Assembly (NCBI GenBank): GCA_965649825.1 | Contig: OZ287702.1 | Coordinates: 496,001-560,000, forward strand | Origin: Penicillus capitatus | Lineage: Eukaryota > Plantae > Chlorophyta | Length of the DNA stretch: 64,000 nt | Direction of reading: 5' to 3' | Shown here: one piece after another, positions 35,155-46,430 of the stretch | Position numbering within the stretch: position 1 is the first letter of the stretch | Layout of the letters: every line of letters begins with the position of its first letter | Position numbers and translations under genes: made by a program | Notes under the pieces: generated by a model | Database searches by the model: none | What the model was told of the DNA's origin: nothing | What the model saw: only the letters and a program-made list of their open reading frames with translations

Positions 35155-37975
35155 TTCGTGTCGATTTGTTCATGTCAAGATACTGTCATCTGTGTGGAGG
35201 TATCAAAGAGTGAGGGATCGGATTTTGCTGTCTACTGGACGTTCTTTGTTTATTGGTCCGGGAGAGACCAGGGTCGTGACCTTGCCTTGTCAGGTTGATG
35301 GTCAAGGTATTTGTGGTATTGTTTGCTCTTTTCAAAGAAAGGGAATTCTTAGTTCTGTCGTTTTGACTCGGAATGGCTTGATCAGGGTTCAGTTTTATAA
35401 TTCTGTCAATGATGTCATCACCATTTCACCCAAGGCATGGGTGTGCTCTTTGTTGATTTCTGCGGATTGTTGGGTTGAGTTTGACAAACAATGCGATAGC
35501 ACTCCTTCTTGTTTTCATGTGGATGAGTATACCGAGCGTTTTCCTTCTTTGTTTGGGATGCAAGATGACGCAGATGAGCGACGTGATCGCAGGAAAGCAT
35601 TGGATGTGGGTTGTGAGGAGATAAAATGGAAGGTCAAGGAGATCCCTTTAGCAAATCAAGGAATCGTCTACAATGTCGACTTTCTGAAGAGGCACAGAGT
35701 GGAAGTCATGTTGGCAGATCTGGAGAGCAGAGGGCAAATCAGGAAACTTCTGCCACATGAACGTGCACGGATGTCGCCGATCATGTTCAAAGAGAAAAGT
35801 GATGGTCGCTTGAGACCATTAAACGACTACCGAGAGTTGAATGCTTTCTCTGATGCGTGGACAACTCACTTTCCTGGGGCTATAAGTGTGATTCGAAGTG
35901 TACCCTCAACTTGGAGGTACTTTAGCTGCATTGATCTACTGGACGGTTTCCAACAGATCGGCGTGGATGATGAGTTGGCTCGTCGTTTTGGCTTTGAGGT
36001 GCTTGGGCAACGGTGGTGTTGGAAAACTCTGCCTCAAGGCTGGGCTTCAAGCAGTGGCCTGTTCCATTCGAGAGTACTTTCTATTACCCAAGGGTTGCCG
36101 GTCGTCTGTTATATAGATGATTTGCTCATTGGCGGCAGCGACAAGGCTGAGCATGATGCTAACCTCCTCAAGGTGCTTGAAGTGCTCGAAAGCTGGGGTC
36201 TGCTCATCAATAAGACGAAGATGCAGATTGCAAAAGAAGAAGTTGAATTCCTGGGAATGACTCTAAGAGAGGGAACCTTCTCGTTTAAGAAATATTTGGA
36301 GAGAGTGTCACGGTGTCTGCCTCAAATTTCGGATAAGAAAAGTCTCAGAAAGGTGATTGGAATGGCGGGATTTACAAGGCCAGCGTGTCCGCATCTTTCG
36401 AAGATTCTGGAGCCAGTGCAAAGACTTTTGAAGTTGCAGAAGTTGCCTCCAAGAGAGGATATGCAGGAGATCGTGGATAAGATGTGGATGCAAGTGATGA
36501 GTGGCAATCTGGAAGTCTATCGTAATCAGGGGGGCCAGAAAAGGACGGACTGGAATCTTTATTGCGATTGGTCAGATGGAGGCCAAGGTTATGCGCTGTT
36601 CATGGGGAAGCAACCTGAAGGAAGGATGGTTGCTCTGAATTCGAAGAGAGAAGCGAGCGGTTGGAAAACAAGTTCGTTTCTTGGCGAATTGAAGACGATT
36701 GTGTGGGCACTGAGAGATGTTGAGCACCTCTTGCAGGGTGATCAGGTCACCGTTTGGACTGACTCGGAGTCCTCTCAGAAGAGGCTGATGAGTTGCCCTA
36801 GGCCGGATGATTTCTGTGATAAGAGGGTCTCGAGGTGTTTGGGATACCTTCTTGAGAATTTTCCTGTCGGTGCACGATTGAAAGTGAAGTTCTTACCGTC
36901 TGAGGACAATGCATTTGCTGATCAGTTGTCGAGATGGGTTGTGCCGATAATGCAACAAGTTAGTCATATCACGAGTGAACAAGAGCAGCAGATTGAGAAG
37001 GCACATCGTGGTCATTGGAATGAGAGAAAAACTTACTGGCATTTGAAGCGCGAGGGCATTCATTTCAAAGGAATGTGGAAAGCAGTCCGAGACTTCGTGC
37101 AGCGATGTCCTGAGTGTCAGTTTCACAGTGGCAAACGATATCATTCACTTTATCGTGGTCGAGAATCGAAGCAGTTCAACGAAGTGGTGGCAGCAGATTT
37201 TGCTGGTCCGTACAAGCTGCCATACGGAAAGCATCCGAGATACCTGCTGATTCTTGTCGACTCTCTCACCAGATACACGCAGATAAATGTGACTAAGTCC
37301 TGTGATTCTGCTGTGGTGATCAGAGCTCTGCAGAAGTGGTGCTCGAGGAATGGAAAGATGAGGTGTGTACAGACAGATAATGGGTCTGCGTTTGTCGCTT
37401 CTTCTACGAAGATTTGGCTGCAGAATCTTGGAATAGATCACGTTTTGACGCCAGTCTACACCCCCTTTTCGAATGGTCTGGTAGAGAGATGTGTTGGTGC
37501 GGTGAAGTTGAGAATCAAGAAGATGCTGATGCAAGAGAATGGCAGTTGGACTTCGTTGGTTCCAGAAGTCGAAAGGCAAATTAATTCTGCAGTTCATGAG
37601 ACTACGCTCTTTACTCCAGATGAGCTCAGAAATGGACAAAAGAGATCAGGTGAAAGAGTGTCATCCGAGCAGCTTAAGGCTTGGAGAAAACTAGCGGTGG
37701 AGAACACAACAAGGACGAGAAGTTCTGCCAACAGAAGACTTGCAAAGAAGCACAAGATTCACGATGAATTGCGTGTGGGCGATCGAGTGCTAATGATGAT
37801 TCCCCAAAGAATGAAAAAGGATGAGCCATTCATGACAAAGTGGATGGGCCCGTTAACCATCAAGGAAAGGACTTCTGGACAATTGTGGGTAGTAGAGGAT
37901 AGTCGAGGGACTCTGTTTTCGAATGTTCATACTCATGATCTGAAGAGGTTTTTCTCAGATCATTGTCGGAGTTAG
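35117..37975 (+). CDS. Pol: dUTPase-like module + reverse transcriptase + RNase H + integrase
   Basis: RT: RPLNDYRELN, IDLLDGFQQI, LPQGW, YIDDLL, EFLG. RNase H: YCDWS...GELKTIVWAL...WTDS...NAFADQLSR. Integrase: HRGH...CPEC, ADFAGP...LVDSLTRY, QTDNGSAF, NGLVER and C-terminal VGDRV..KWMGP. Confidence 0.96.
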   Translation: MTPAPSAGLKRRDSCRFVHVKILSSVWRYQRVRDRILLSTGRSLFIGPGETRVVTLPCQVDGQGICGIVCSFQRKGILSSVVLTRNGLIRVQFYNSVNDVITISPKAWVCSLLISADCWVEFDKQCDSTPSCFHVDEYTERFPSLFGMQDDADERRDRRKALDVGCEEIKWKVKEIPLANQGIVYNVDFLKRHRVEVMLADLESRGQIRKLLPHERARMSPIMFKEKSDGRLRPLNDYRELNAFSDAWTTHFPGAISVIRSVPSTWRYFSCIDLLDGFQQIGVDDELARRFGFEVLGQRWCWKTLPQGWASSSGLFHSRVLSITQGLPVVCYIDDLLIGGSDKAEHDANLLKVLEVLESWGLLINKTKMQIAKEEVEFLGMTLREGTFSFKKYLERVSRCLPQISDKKSLRKVIGMAGFTRPACPHLSKILEPVQRLLKLQKLPPREDMQEIVDKMWMQVMSGNLEVYRNQGGQKRTDWNLYCDWSDGGQGYALFMGKQPEGRMVALNSKREASGWKTSSFLGELKTIVWALRDVEHLLQGDQVTVWTDSESSQKRLMSCPRPDDFCDKRVSRCLGYLLENFPVGARLKVKFLPSEDNAFADQLSRWVVPIMQQVSHITSEQEQQIEKAHRGHWNERKTYWHLKREGIHFKGMWKAVRDFVQRCPECQFHSGKRYHSLYRGRESKQFNEVVAADFAGPYKLPYGKHPRYLLILVDSLTRYTQINVTKSCDSAVVIRALQKWCSRNGKMRCVQTDNGSAFVASSTKIWLQNLGIDHVLTPVYTPFSNGLVERCVGAVKLRIKKMLMQENGSWTSLVPEVERQINSAVHETTLFTPDELRNGQKRSGERVSSEQLKAWRKLAVENTTRTRSSANRRLAKKHKIHDELRVGDRVLMMIPQRMKKDEPFMTKWMGPLTIKERTSGQLWVVEDSRGTLFSNVHTHDLKRFFSDHCRS

Positions 37976-37987
37976 CAGGGAAGCGCC

Positions 37988-38142
37988 TGTGAGGCCATTG
38001 ATTTAGATAAGGGGAATGATGAAAAGACCGACATGACGTTGAACATTAAAAAACGAATCGTTGTATGGGAAAAAACCTTTTTCACCTTTTTCGACCATTC
38101 CGTCTTGAACTTTTTCGACGTGCGGAAGATGGTCCTCTCACA
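37988..38142 (+). repeat. 3' LTR (155 bp)
   Basis: Identical to the 5' LTR; preceded by a weak purine-rich tract ggagttagcagggaag (37968-37983). Confidence 0.97.
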
Positions 38143-41100
38143 GAGGGCAGGTCTCTGCGACTGATCAACAAACACTGGTCAGCAGCCGTCACAGATCAGG
38201 TAGAGGAGATTCGTCCCGACACAACGCGAAGCATTGTCGACGAGGACATCGCGTCGCTGTCGAAGTTCAAATGGCTGACGTCTGTGGACATCTCGCCGTT
38301 TTTGATTCCTCCTCCTAAACATGTGATGCCGAAAAACCGAAAGCAGAAGGTGCTCTTCCGACAGAATTGGTATGACACCAAGCTGGGGAGGATTGTTCAC
38401 CTGCTCTGCGACATGCCAAAGCTGACGCAAATCGAGATCGGACTTAAGACGATTATCAGCCTCTACTTTCACTGTCCAAGAACGAGAGAATATTTTTCGC
38501 TGTTAGAGAGGATCACTTCAGTGTACCTTTACATATGCGAGAACCGCAGGTTGTACGGCAAGACACGTGTCAACACAACCTGGACAGCGCTGAGTGACTA
38601 CGATCCAGACCTGGACCTTTCAAACATGCTCGCGCAACTGGTGTGCAGTCTGGGGCGTTTGGATACATTGGAGGTTGAATCTCTGGTGCTGGATTGTTGC
38701 TCACAGTTCGGTTTTCTGGACCAAGTCAGACATGTAACCCTTCAAGGTGCGAGCAGTAGAATGCCAACTCAACTGTCAAACCTATCAACATCTATTACTT
38801 CTGTCGTCCTGTTTTTTTCTCCTGAATCAAGATGGGACACTCTTGGTAAACTGACTCGTCTAGATGGATTGAGCTTGATGGGGGTCGGGTCAGATCGTTT
38901 CGAAGAATTGCCTCTCACTCCTCTGTCGAACAAACTGAAGGTTCTACACATAGATGGGTATTGCAAACTGTACGAGTTTGCTTTTCTGAATGACATCAAG
39001 ACCACATTCAATCAACTGGAGTGCTTAATTTTAGAATATACAAATTTGGTGGGAGCATCACTGCGAAGGAATTTCCCCAATCTCAATGCATTGAGAATTC
39101 TGGATTGCATGCTGATGGACAGTGATGTGACGTTTGTCGCCCAGTTCCACAAGCTGGAGCTCTTGGATTGGCATGACGTATCTAGTCCGCAAGAGGAGTC
39201 ATTGCACCTGCCATGGGAGAAGTTGGAGCTGCCGAAGCTTCGATCATTGAGTGTTTGTTCGGTCCTTGACGACTCTGAGCTGCTGTCGATTTCTCGACAA
39301 ACGAATCTGGAAGTTCTGAAGATCGAATCGTGCTGCAGAGCCAAACACACAAGCAGTATCACAAATAAAGGAACACATTTGCTGGAAGACCTATGCAATC
39401 TCCGCATCTTTTGTATAATTGCATACGAAAAGAAAGAAAGAAGATTATGGTCATCTTTACTGTCTGCCAAGTTCGTTACGAAGCTGGAGCAATTGTGGGT
39501 GGAGTTCGATGAAAAGGACGATGAAGACGACGAGGACAGCTTAAAACGCATCGCATGCAATTCGCCCGATTTGATCTTGAAAGCTTCCTGCTGGCGTTAT
39601 CAAAGTTTCCATTCCGCCTGTTTTATTTAATTCGGAAGATAAACATTTCTCAAGTAACGCCAACAAAGTTGGTGCTCGGGTGGTCATGGACTCAGTTACG
39701 TCTGTTGAATGTTATACTAAAAAAGATCGAAATCAGTGATGCTGTCCGAATCGCTTGTACAGAAGTGGATGCTCTTTAAGATTGATTCGCAAGCGATGCA
39801 GTTTTCCTGCGCTCTCAAAAATCTGTGTTGTCTATCTGACCTTATTCTCTACGGTATTCATGAAGTCGATAGATAGAGAACAGAGTTCTTTAACTGTGCT
39901 TGAAATCCAGGACTCAGATAGTATTGGCGTTCAACTGTCAGTCACTTCTAACTCCACAAAAGCGATCACTATTTGAATTAAGCTGTGTTCGTTCTGCAGG
40001 CAGCCCGTTTGAAAGCAAGAAGACTCGAGCTTCTTGCTTGCACATAAGATTGTGGTTTCGTTCGGCCAGACTCAAACGGTTGATGGTTGCGTTGATCTGC
40101 TTCGGTTTCCATGAGGAGTTACTTCCTCAGGGCTCAGAATACAGTTACTGTGCAAATTCTGCACAGCTCAACAAGAGATGGAGGCGCTAGTTGAACGCGT
40201 GACGATGGACGGGGTAGAGGGTCTTTATCTCCTTCTGTTGCAGTCCGGGGTCTAGACTCATCGGCGAACAGATCGCCTTCTTCACGACAACCACTTTGGA
40301 ATAGAAGCTTCTCTCGATAATGGGCCCTTATTTAAATACATTCTGTTCTCTGTGTGCTTACCCCACTTGTAGGACTGGAATATCGAACATCTTGCGCCAC
40401 ACGGAGAGACGATGACACATTGAAACGTGTTCAGTATTGCTCCACCTTACCTGGCTGACCAACGGTGCGGCCGCTTTTAACTTTTCGTGAAACTTTATCC
40501 GATTCCTTCTAACGGTCAACCCGGAATACAAGGAGTGAGAAAAAGATATCGTTCGAATGCGCCACGGGTCTGTATGGCGATGACCGGGGTTTGAAAGACA
40601 ACACCTTTGAGTTCGATCGAAAACGCTTTGCCGACAAACGACTACATCGACAAGAAACGCGAGTACTTAATGAAGGGCGATAAATATGTTCTCGGATATC
40701 GTACGCGGGGATTAGTTTTTCTTCAAGTTTCGGGTCAATCGATAGCTGTCAATCGAAATCTAATCGACCGATCAGAGACAGGTGTCGTGGTATTCGTCAG
40801 AACACAATGGTCGACAATTAGGAATTGATCCTTCGATCGTCGACACGTTGACAGTCGCACACCTCCTGTCGGTGGTTCTCTTATCGGTTATGTGATTTAT
40901 CGCTAAATCGAATGGATCCCCGTTCTGTCTATTCGCATACATCATGTGCATCATCGAAGAGCGCCGATTAAGTAAGATTTGATGTCAAACCGCTGTCAAT
41001 CGCCTTCCTTTATTGTGTCAAGAAGCGCATGAGAGAAGCAGGAAAGACAGTGTTGCCAGAATTCTAACCGAGACAATAGACGCTAGACAACGTGGTTTGA

Positions 41101-41296
41101 TTTTCCGATCATGAAGTCACTATAGACCCAATCCCGTTTAATGTCAGGTACAGGATCCCGTCGCAAATTCTCGCGGACCGCGAAAGTCCCGCACTCTACA
41201 GGAAACTTGTCTCCCGATCAGTTTCCTGATCTAACAGACGATGGCGTAGCAGATTTCACACGGCCTCTATATGCGACAGCTTACTCTTTCGTTGTC

Positions 41297-43112
41297 TCAT
41301 CTGTAGAAGCGTCTCAGAGCGAAAGGCACATCCACTGGCGTCTGTCGGCGAGCCTTGGTCGCCTACATCGTGAACAGGTTTTATAATATCGAGTGCAGCT
41401 AGACTTAGAGCACACTTTCGGTTTCTTCTTCGACTTGGTCTCGTTCCGTTCGGTATCGCTCTCCTCTGCTTCGCTCCCGACGCTCGTTTGGTTCGGTTCC
41501 GTCTTTGACCGGATCTGTCATCACACATCCGAACATGCGTTAGTGGAGATGCGGCTCACGTTCTTGACATCCTCGGGGTCCAACGCGATTAGGTCAGGAG
41601 GGAGCTTGTCGAGCATCTGCGCCACTTCGGATTCGCGCCGTCCTTTTCGCGTTTGGAAAGGATCGGCGACAAAGGAGTCGTAATTCGCTTCTCCCGCGCC
41701 AGGAACAAGCATATGGCGAAGTCCAGCCGCATGGCCGATTCCAAGGACGTCTTCATAAGGGCAGAACCGTAGCGAGCCGATTCGATTGCCTGTGCAACGG
41801 TGGACGAGATAAGGCCTCTCCTGCTTCTGAACCAGAGCATCTCGCCAGACCTCTACCCTTGTACCGTATCCAATAGCAAACAGTCCTGTCTGGCTGACAC
41901 TGACAGCATCTGGTGTCTTGGAAGTGAAGTAGCAATGTACCTCTTCGAACTTGCGAATATCCCAAACCTATCGAAGGTGCCTGTGGCGAACATCGCTGAC
42001 GTGACACGTATAAGACGACCTTGACGATGCGTTCGGTGCCACATGTGATCAGATAGCGTCCGCTGGGATCCACGTCTAGAGAACAGACAGGCGTCTTGTG
42101 GCATTTGATCTGAGCAACAGCTGTGGATGCGTTCGGTGTCCATAACGACACGCAACCAAAAGAGTGTCCGAGACAGAGGACAGCGTTCCATGGATTTTGA
42201 CGCATCACGCGACAGCAGCCTTTCTTCGTAGGGCGCGACGCAACCAGCTGTCCCGTCGTCGTATCCTGCCACGTCAGAACACCTGCACCGGTTAGATGAG
42301 AGAACGCTGATAGAACGCGGCATGATGCCTACCAACGTTCCCAGTAGAGCAGAGAAGGAAGTGATGGGGGAGGAATTCAAGACAGTATGGCTCGTGCATG
42401 GACTTCAGTCGATGCAGCTCCAAGCCGCCGCTGTCGTAGATATACACATACTTCTTCTGAGCGGCTGCCCAGTATTGGTGGTTGTGCAGAAACCGGACAT
42501 CTCTCACTGTCTCCTGGACCTGTTGACAGAGACTGGCGAGTCAATGAAGGAGAGCAGCTGAGAGTCGTGCCTGTATCTCAGACAGAAGATCACCCGTCTG
42601 CCAATCGAACTCAGCGAGATGTCCCTTGCGTCCTCCGATCAACAGATGCCGACCGTTGGGCGAGTAATCCAGTCGATAAGGTCCTAGTTCAGGCAGGTTT
42701 AGATCAAAGGCTTTCTGTGCGCCTCCAATCGGCGCATGCCTAGCAATGTCTTCTTGTCGAAATCGGAATGTCTCCTCTCCCTCTGTATTGATGAAAGAAC
42801 ACGACGTTGCGCTTGGACGTCTCTCAGAAGAAGCTGATTAACCTTCGGCCTCGACGTATCCGCTTCCCTCTCTGAGCCAAGTGTCGCGTTGGGCGAGTCC
42901 TTCTTCTGCCGCTTTGACGAGCCTCCCGTGAAAAGAAGCGCCGCGTGATCTAGGTTGGTTGTCGACTCGGCTGCGTTTCCTGAACAACAAGATAGTCGAA
43001 TGGAGGAGAGTGCGGTGGTCCAGACACACCGTTTGTTTCGACGAACGGAACGACGAATTGTTTCTCCGGCGACGTTGCGCCATTCCTGGAGTCGTTCTTG
43101 CTGCGTCGCCAT
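41297..43112 (-). CDS. UTP7: WD40-repeat U3 snoRNP/SSU processome protein UTP7/WDR46 (BING4CT domain), multi-exon
   Basis: GSGYVEAEG; [31 protein letters not shown]; [10 protein letters not shown]; [22 protein letters not shown]; [37 protein letters not shown]; C-terminal ALRRF. Confidence 0.94.
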
Positions 43113-43548
43113 TGATGCCTTCGGCTTTGCTAGATGACCAGTGGATTGTCGCTAATGGCCATGGACTGGAAGATGGAGCTGCGCGCAGTCTGCCATGTTC
43201 GTCCCAAACGATGGAGACGCCTAGCAACGATATTTATCACACAAGGGACGAGGAAAGAGATCGCGCATTCGTGCTGCGAGGCGTCGGTGGCGCAGATAAG
43301 AAAACGAGAAATTCATATGTCTGCGATCTATATCGTTGCATAACTGCTGCTGTTTCTGAAATGATAGAACACGCCTTGATGACTCGAACCCATCTCTCTT
43401 TCTGCAAACAAACCGAAGTGCGAAATCTCTGCCACTCATTCCAACACCGTGAAAGCACGTGTTACGGCCTGCAGTCTATCTAGTAGACTACCGATCTGCG
43501 ACGGCAAGAGTATCGCAGATGATGAGGGAGCGATGGATGAGCTGTCGC

Positions 43549-44314
43549 CTATTCTTCGAGGCCTTCCTCGCCGAAAACCGACGGAAGGAGTTTTGTGGAT
43601 TTGGATCGGTTGCACCAGTAGTGTGCAAGCTGCACATTGTCTGCTTTCGTCAAACCTTTTTTACTCCACGGGACAACGTGGTCGACCTCAACCTCGCGCA
43701 TGTTAAGTAGCGGTTTTCCGCAGATGCCACAGGTCGGGCAGCTTAAGTACAGTAACTTCCGCATCCATTCGGGGACACGCGGTTTGTCTGGACGCTGCTT
43801 GAAATAGGCGAGACTCGCGATATCTGAGAGACAGACAGACCCGTGCGCATCTGAGAGAAGGGGACGAGCGCACCAATCGCCGTCAGTTGGCTCATTACAA
43901 CGGCGAACTTCGCAAAATCTCCGCCCAGGACTGCAGACACTCTCAGTAAAGGTAGGGGTGCTGACGGAGCTTACCGTCAGCGAACTGGGTGACGTTCGAC
44001 TGCTCGATTCCAGCAGCCAGCGTTGCCCGATTAACATGCACTGCATACAAAACAGATCTATTCGTTGACTGTCAACGCCGCGATGTTCACCGAAGAGAAT
44101 CCAGAGCGACGAATCGTCTGCGGGCGAAGAAGAGATAGCAGCGTCGCGCCGTGGTCCATCGATGATGGCCCTTTGTATGAAGGCTCGCGGCGATTGCTCG
44201 ATGACTCTACACGCCTCGACAGCGCGATGGTAGTGGATGGACTTCTGCTCTCTGCCCAGTTTCTCCATGTAAGGCAGACAACTCAAAGTCGACTGGCCTC
44301 TTCGACGCATCCAT
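43549..44314 (-). CDS. HNH endonuclease-domain protein (~190 aa if the four inferred introns are real)
   Basis: C-terminal RVPEWMRKLLYLSCPTCGICGKPL...EVDHVVPWSKKGLTKADNVQLAHYWCNRSKS is a Zn-binding HNH (CxxC...DH...N...H..CN). The upstream exon structure is inferred from GT-AG pairs; start ATG at 44314 is tentative. Confidence 0.82.
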
Positions 44315-44484
44315 CTCGGAGAGAGTCTGGATCGAAACGCAATGCCTCTCCCCCAGATGGCGGAGCACGTTGTTGCGCTTAAGGTCCACATGTCGACGAC
44401 AGAATGTCGCGTGCATTACGACAAAGACATCTCGCATTTTGCCGACGTTAAATTGCGATCGCCTTCGCCTCGTATACGTTCGCC

Positions 44485-46430
44485 ATGTTTCGAGCAACGA
44501 CTCTTTCGCGTTTGCACTCGCTGCTGAAGTGGTCCGCAACGTCGCGCACGTCTTCCGTCTCGTCCGAGTTGACCCGGATATTTCCGAAGCCTTCGCTTCA
44601 CGAATTCCTGGCGTTGCGCCCCTTCAGAGCCACCTTCGACGTGGTATGCAGCTGCAGGGGATTCTATGCGTGTGTCACGACAAGGTGTTTTCTTCAGTTG
44701 GCAGATGCCGTCGTCAACGAGACGGCGGACTTGACGCGTCTGGAAAACAGGAAGTTGCCGATCACCCTTGAAACCAGGGGCGTGCCGGTAAGGTTCTCCG
44801 CCTTGTAGATCCTGCCGACGCTGGACATGTGGTACCAGATTAAACTGTATGCTTATCCTCACGAGGTGGAGCGAGATGCGATCAAACAACTCATCAACAT
44901 CGCAGAGTCGGGGCTGGCGGTCACTTTCCACGTCGACATTCAGCCGTCTTGGACGTGTATCATGTAGGTCGGCTATGTCTCGGCGATGCCTGACGTGCAC
45001 CTGGGCAAGGGCGTCACTGTAATGTCCCTGGAAACCGTCGATAGTCGGTCACTTGTCTATTGTGTGTAGATAGGGTCGGTGTTCGCCAGTGAAGAGTATG
45101 TATGTCCCAATGCCGTCGGCGTCGACATCGGTAGACAGTTTGGCCACATTCCTCCAACTCTATTGCTGTTTGTCTACAGGATGCGGTATGTGTGCAGTGC
45201 CACTGATAGATTTGCACAAGGATGATTTGACGGAGGACCACAAGAAGAAGATCCAGCGATTGATCAAAAGAAGAATACCTGTCGGTACGCTCCAGAATAC
45301 ACAGAGGTAAACCAGACGATCCGCCATTGCTTTCTAGGATTCAACTCGCACAATTCCCCTCTGAAAGGGGCTGATATTGCACTGGACGAGATCAGCGATC
45401 TGAAACCACCGACCAGGAGACTGGAATCCGAATTCCGCCGCCGGAGAAAGATCGCTTGTCAATTGGGTACCCTCGGTGGAGGCAACCACTTTCTCGAGGT
45501 CAATGCTTCTGCCGTCGCCTACAGTGACCGTAACCTCATCTGTAATCTCAGTTGGTGCACGATGAGGATGGCATGGTGTGGATTCTGCTGCACTCCGGCA
45601 GCCGCAACATCGGCAACACATCAGCAGCCTACCATGACGTCGTGGCAAGGGATATGCTATACAAGCAGGGAATTCGGGTGCCGCCTGGACTGAACTACAT
45701 GCGGATCTTCACACAAGAGGGACAGGATTACCTGAAGGATATGGAATGGTGCCAGGCGTGAGTCTCGACCCGCTCTCCCATGTATTTTGTGATCTCTGGC
45801 CGCAGGTATGCAATGAGAAACCGGGGATTTATGAGGGACATCATGATCGACTGCGTCAACGAAGTCACGGGACATGAACCAGATTTGACCCGCTCCGTCA
45901 ACATACACCACAACTTCTGTCAATGCGAGCGGTGCCAGTACAAGGATCCGAAGACGAAGGAGACAGTCGAGAGGGATCTCTGGGTGACCAGAAAGGGAGC
46001 AACGAGTGCACAGGCCGGAGAATACGGTACGTTGTCTCTCAAGTCGGCATCATCTGACAACTGCCTGTATTCTGCAGGCATTATTCCCGGCAGCATGGGA
46101 ACTGGATCGTACATCACAAAGGGAAAGGGCGAGTCACAGGCGTGGAACTCCTGCTCGCATGGCGCCGGAAGGAAGATGTCACGAACCAAGGCCTTTAAGG
46201 CTGTAGAGCAGGCACAGCACAAACACCTTGCAGGACACTTCGCGGCTAAAGGGTGTCTCTAGGCTGATTTTGAAAGGGCGATGCAGGGCATCGTATGCGA
46301 CACAAACCCTAAAGTCAAGGACGAAGCTCCGCAAGCGTATAAGGATTTGAAGACGGTCATGAAGAACCAGGAAGATCTGGTGGAGGTGGTGCATCGTCTG
46401 AAGCCGCTGGTTAATGTGAAGGGCTACTGA
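44485..46430 (+). CDS. RTCB: RtcB RNA ligase, bacterial (E. coli-like) type, with organellar transit peptide; many short introns
   Basis: MPDVHLGKGVT|IGSV, PNAVGVDI|GCGM, QLGTLGGGNHFLE, LLHSGSRNIGN, HHNF, TRKGAT, IIPGSMGTGSY, SCSHGAGRKMSR and DEAPQAYKDL...NVKG. The N-terminus MFRATTLSRLHSLLKWSATSRTSSVSS is Ser/Thr/Arg-rich. Confidence 0.95.

Larger units (their letters stand above)
33330..38142 (+). mobile_element. Full-length Ty3/Gypsy (Metaviridae-like) LTR retrotransposon, 4813 bp
   Basis: Two identical 155-bp LTRs (TG...CA). 5-bp TSD GAGGG at 33325-33329 and 38143-38147. PBS-like sequence follows the 5' LTR. Intact gag-PR and RT-RNaseH-integrase ORFs in Gypsy domain order. Confidence 0.97.
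33178..39630 (+). pseudogene. F-box-like/LRR paralog 3, interrupted by an LTR retrotransposon (5' part 33178-33329, 3' part 38148-39630)
   Basis: Removing 33330-38147 restores ggagactggagggcaggtctctgcgactg (RWRLEGRSLRL), as in paralogs 1 and 2. Both halves are otherwise free of stops. Confidence 0.92.

Noticed and set aside
37900-37987. env-like third ORF or integrase chromodomain in the Gypsy element
   Set aside because: Pol ends 12 bp before the 3' LTR, leaving no room. The integrase C-terminus ends after the GPY/F-like motif with no chromodomain.
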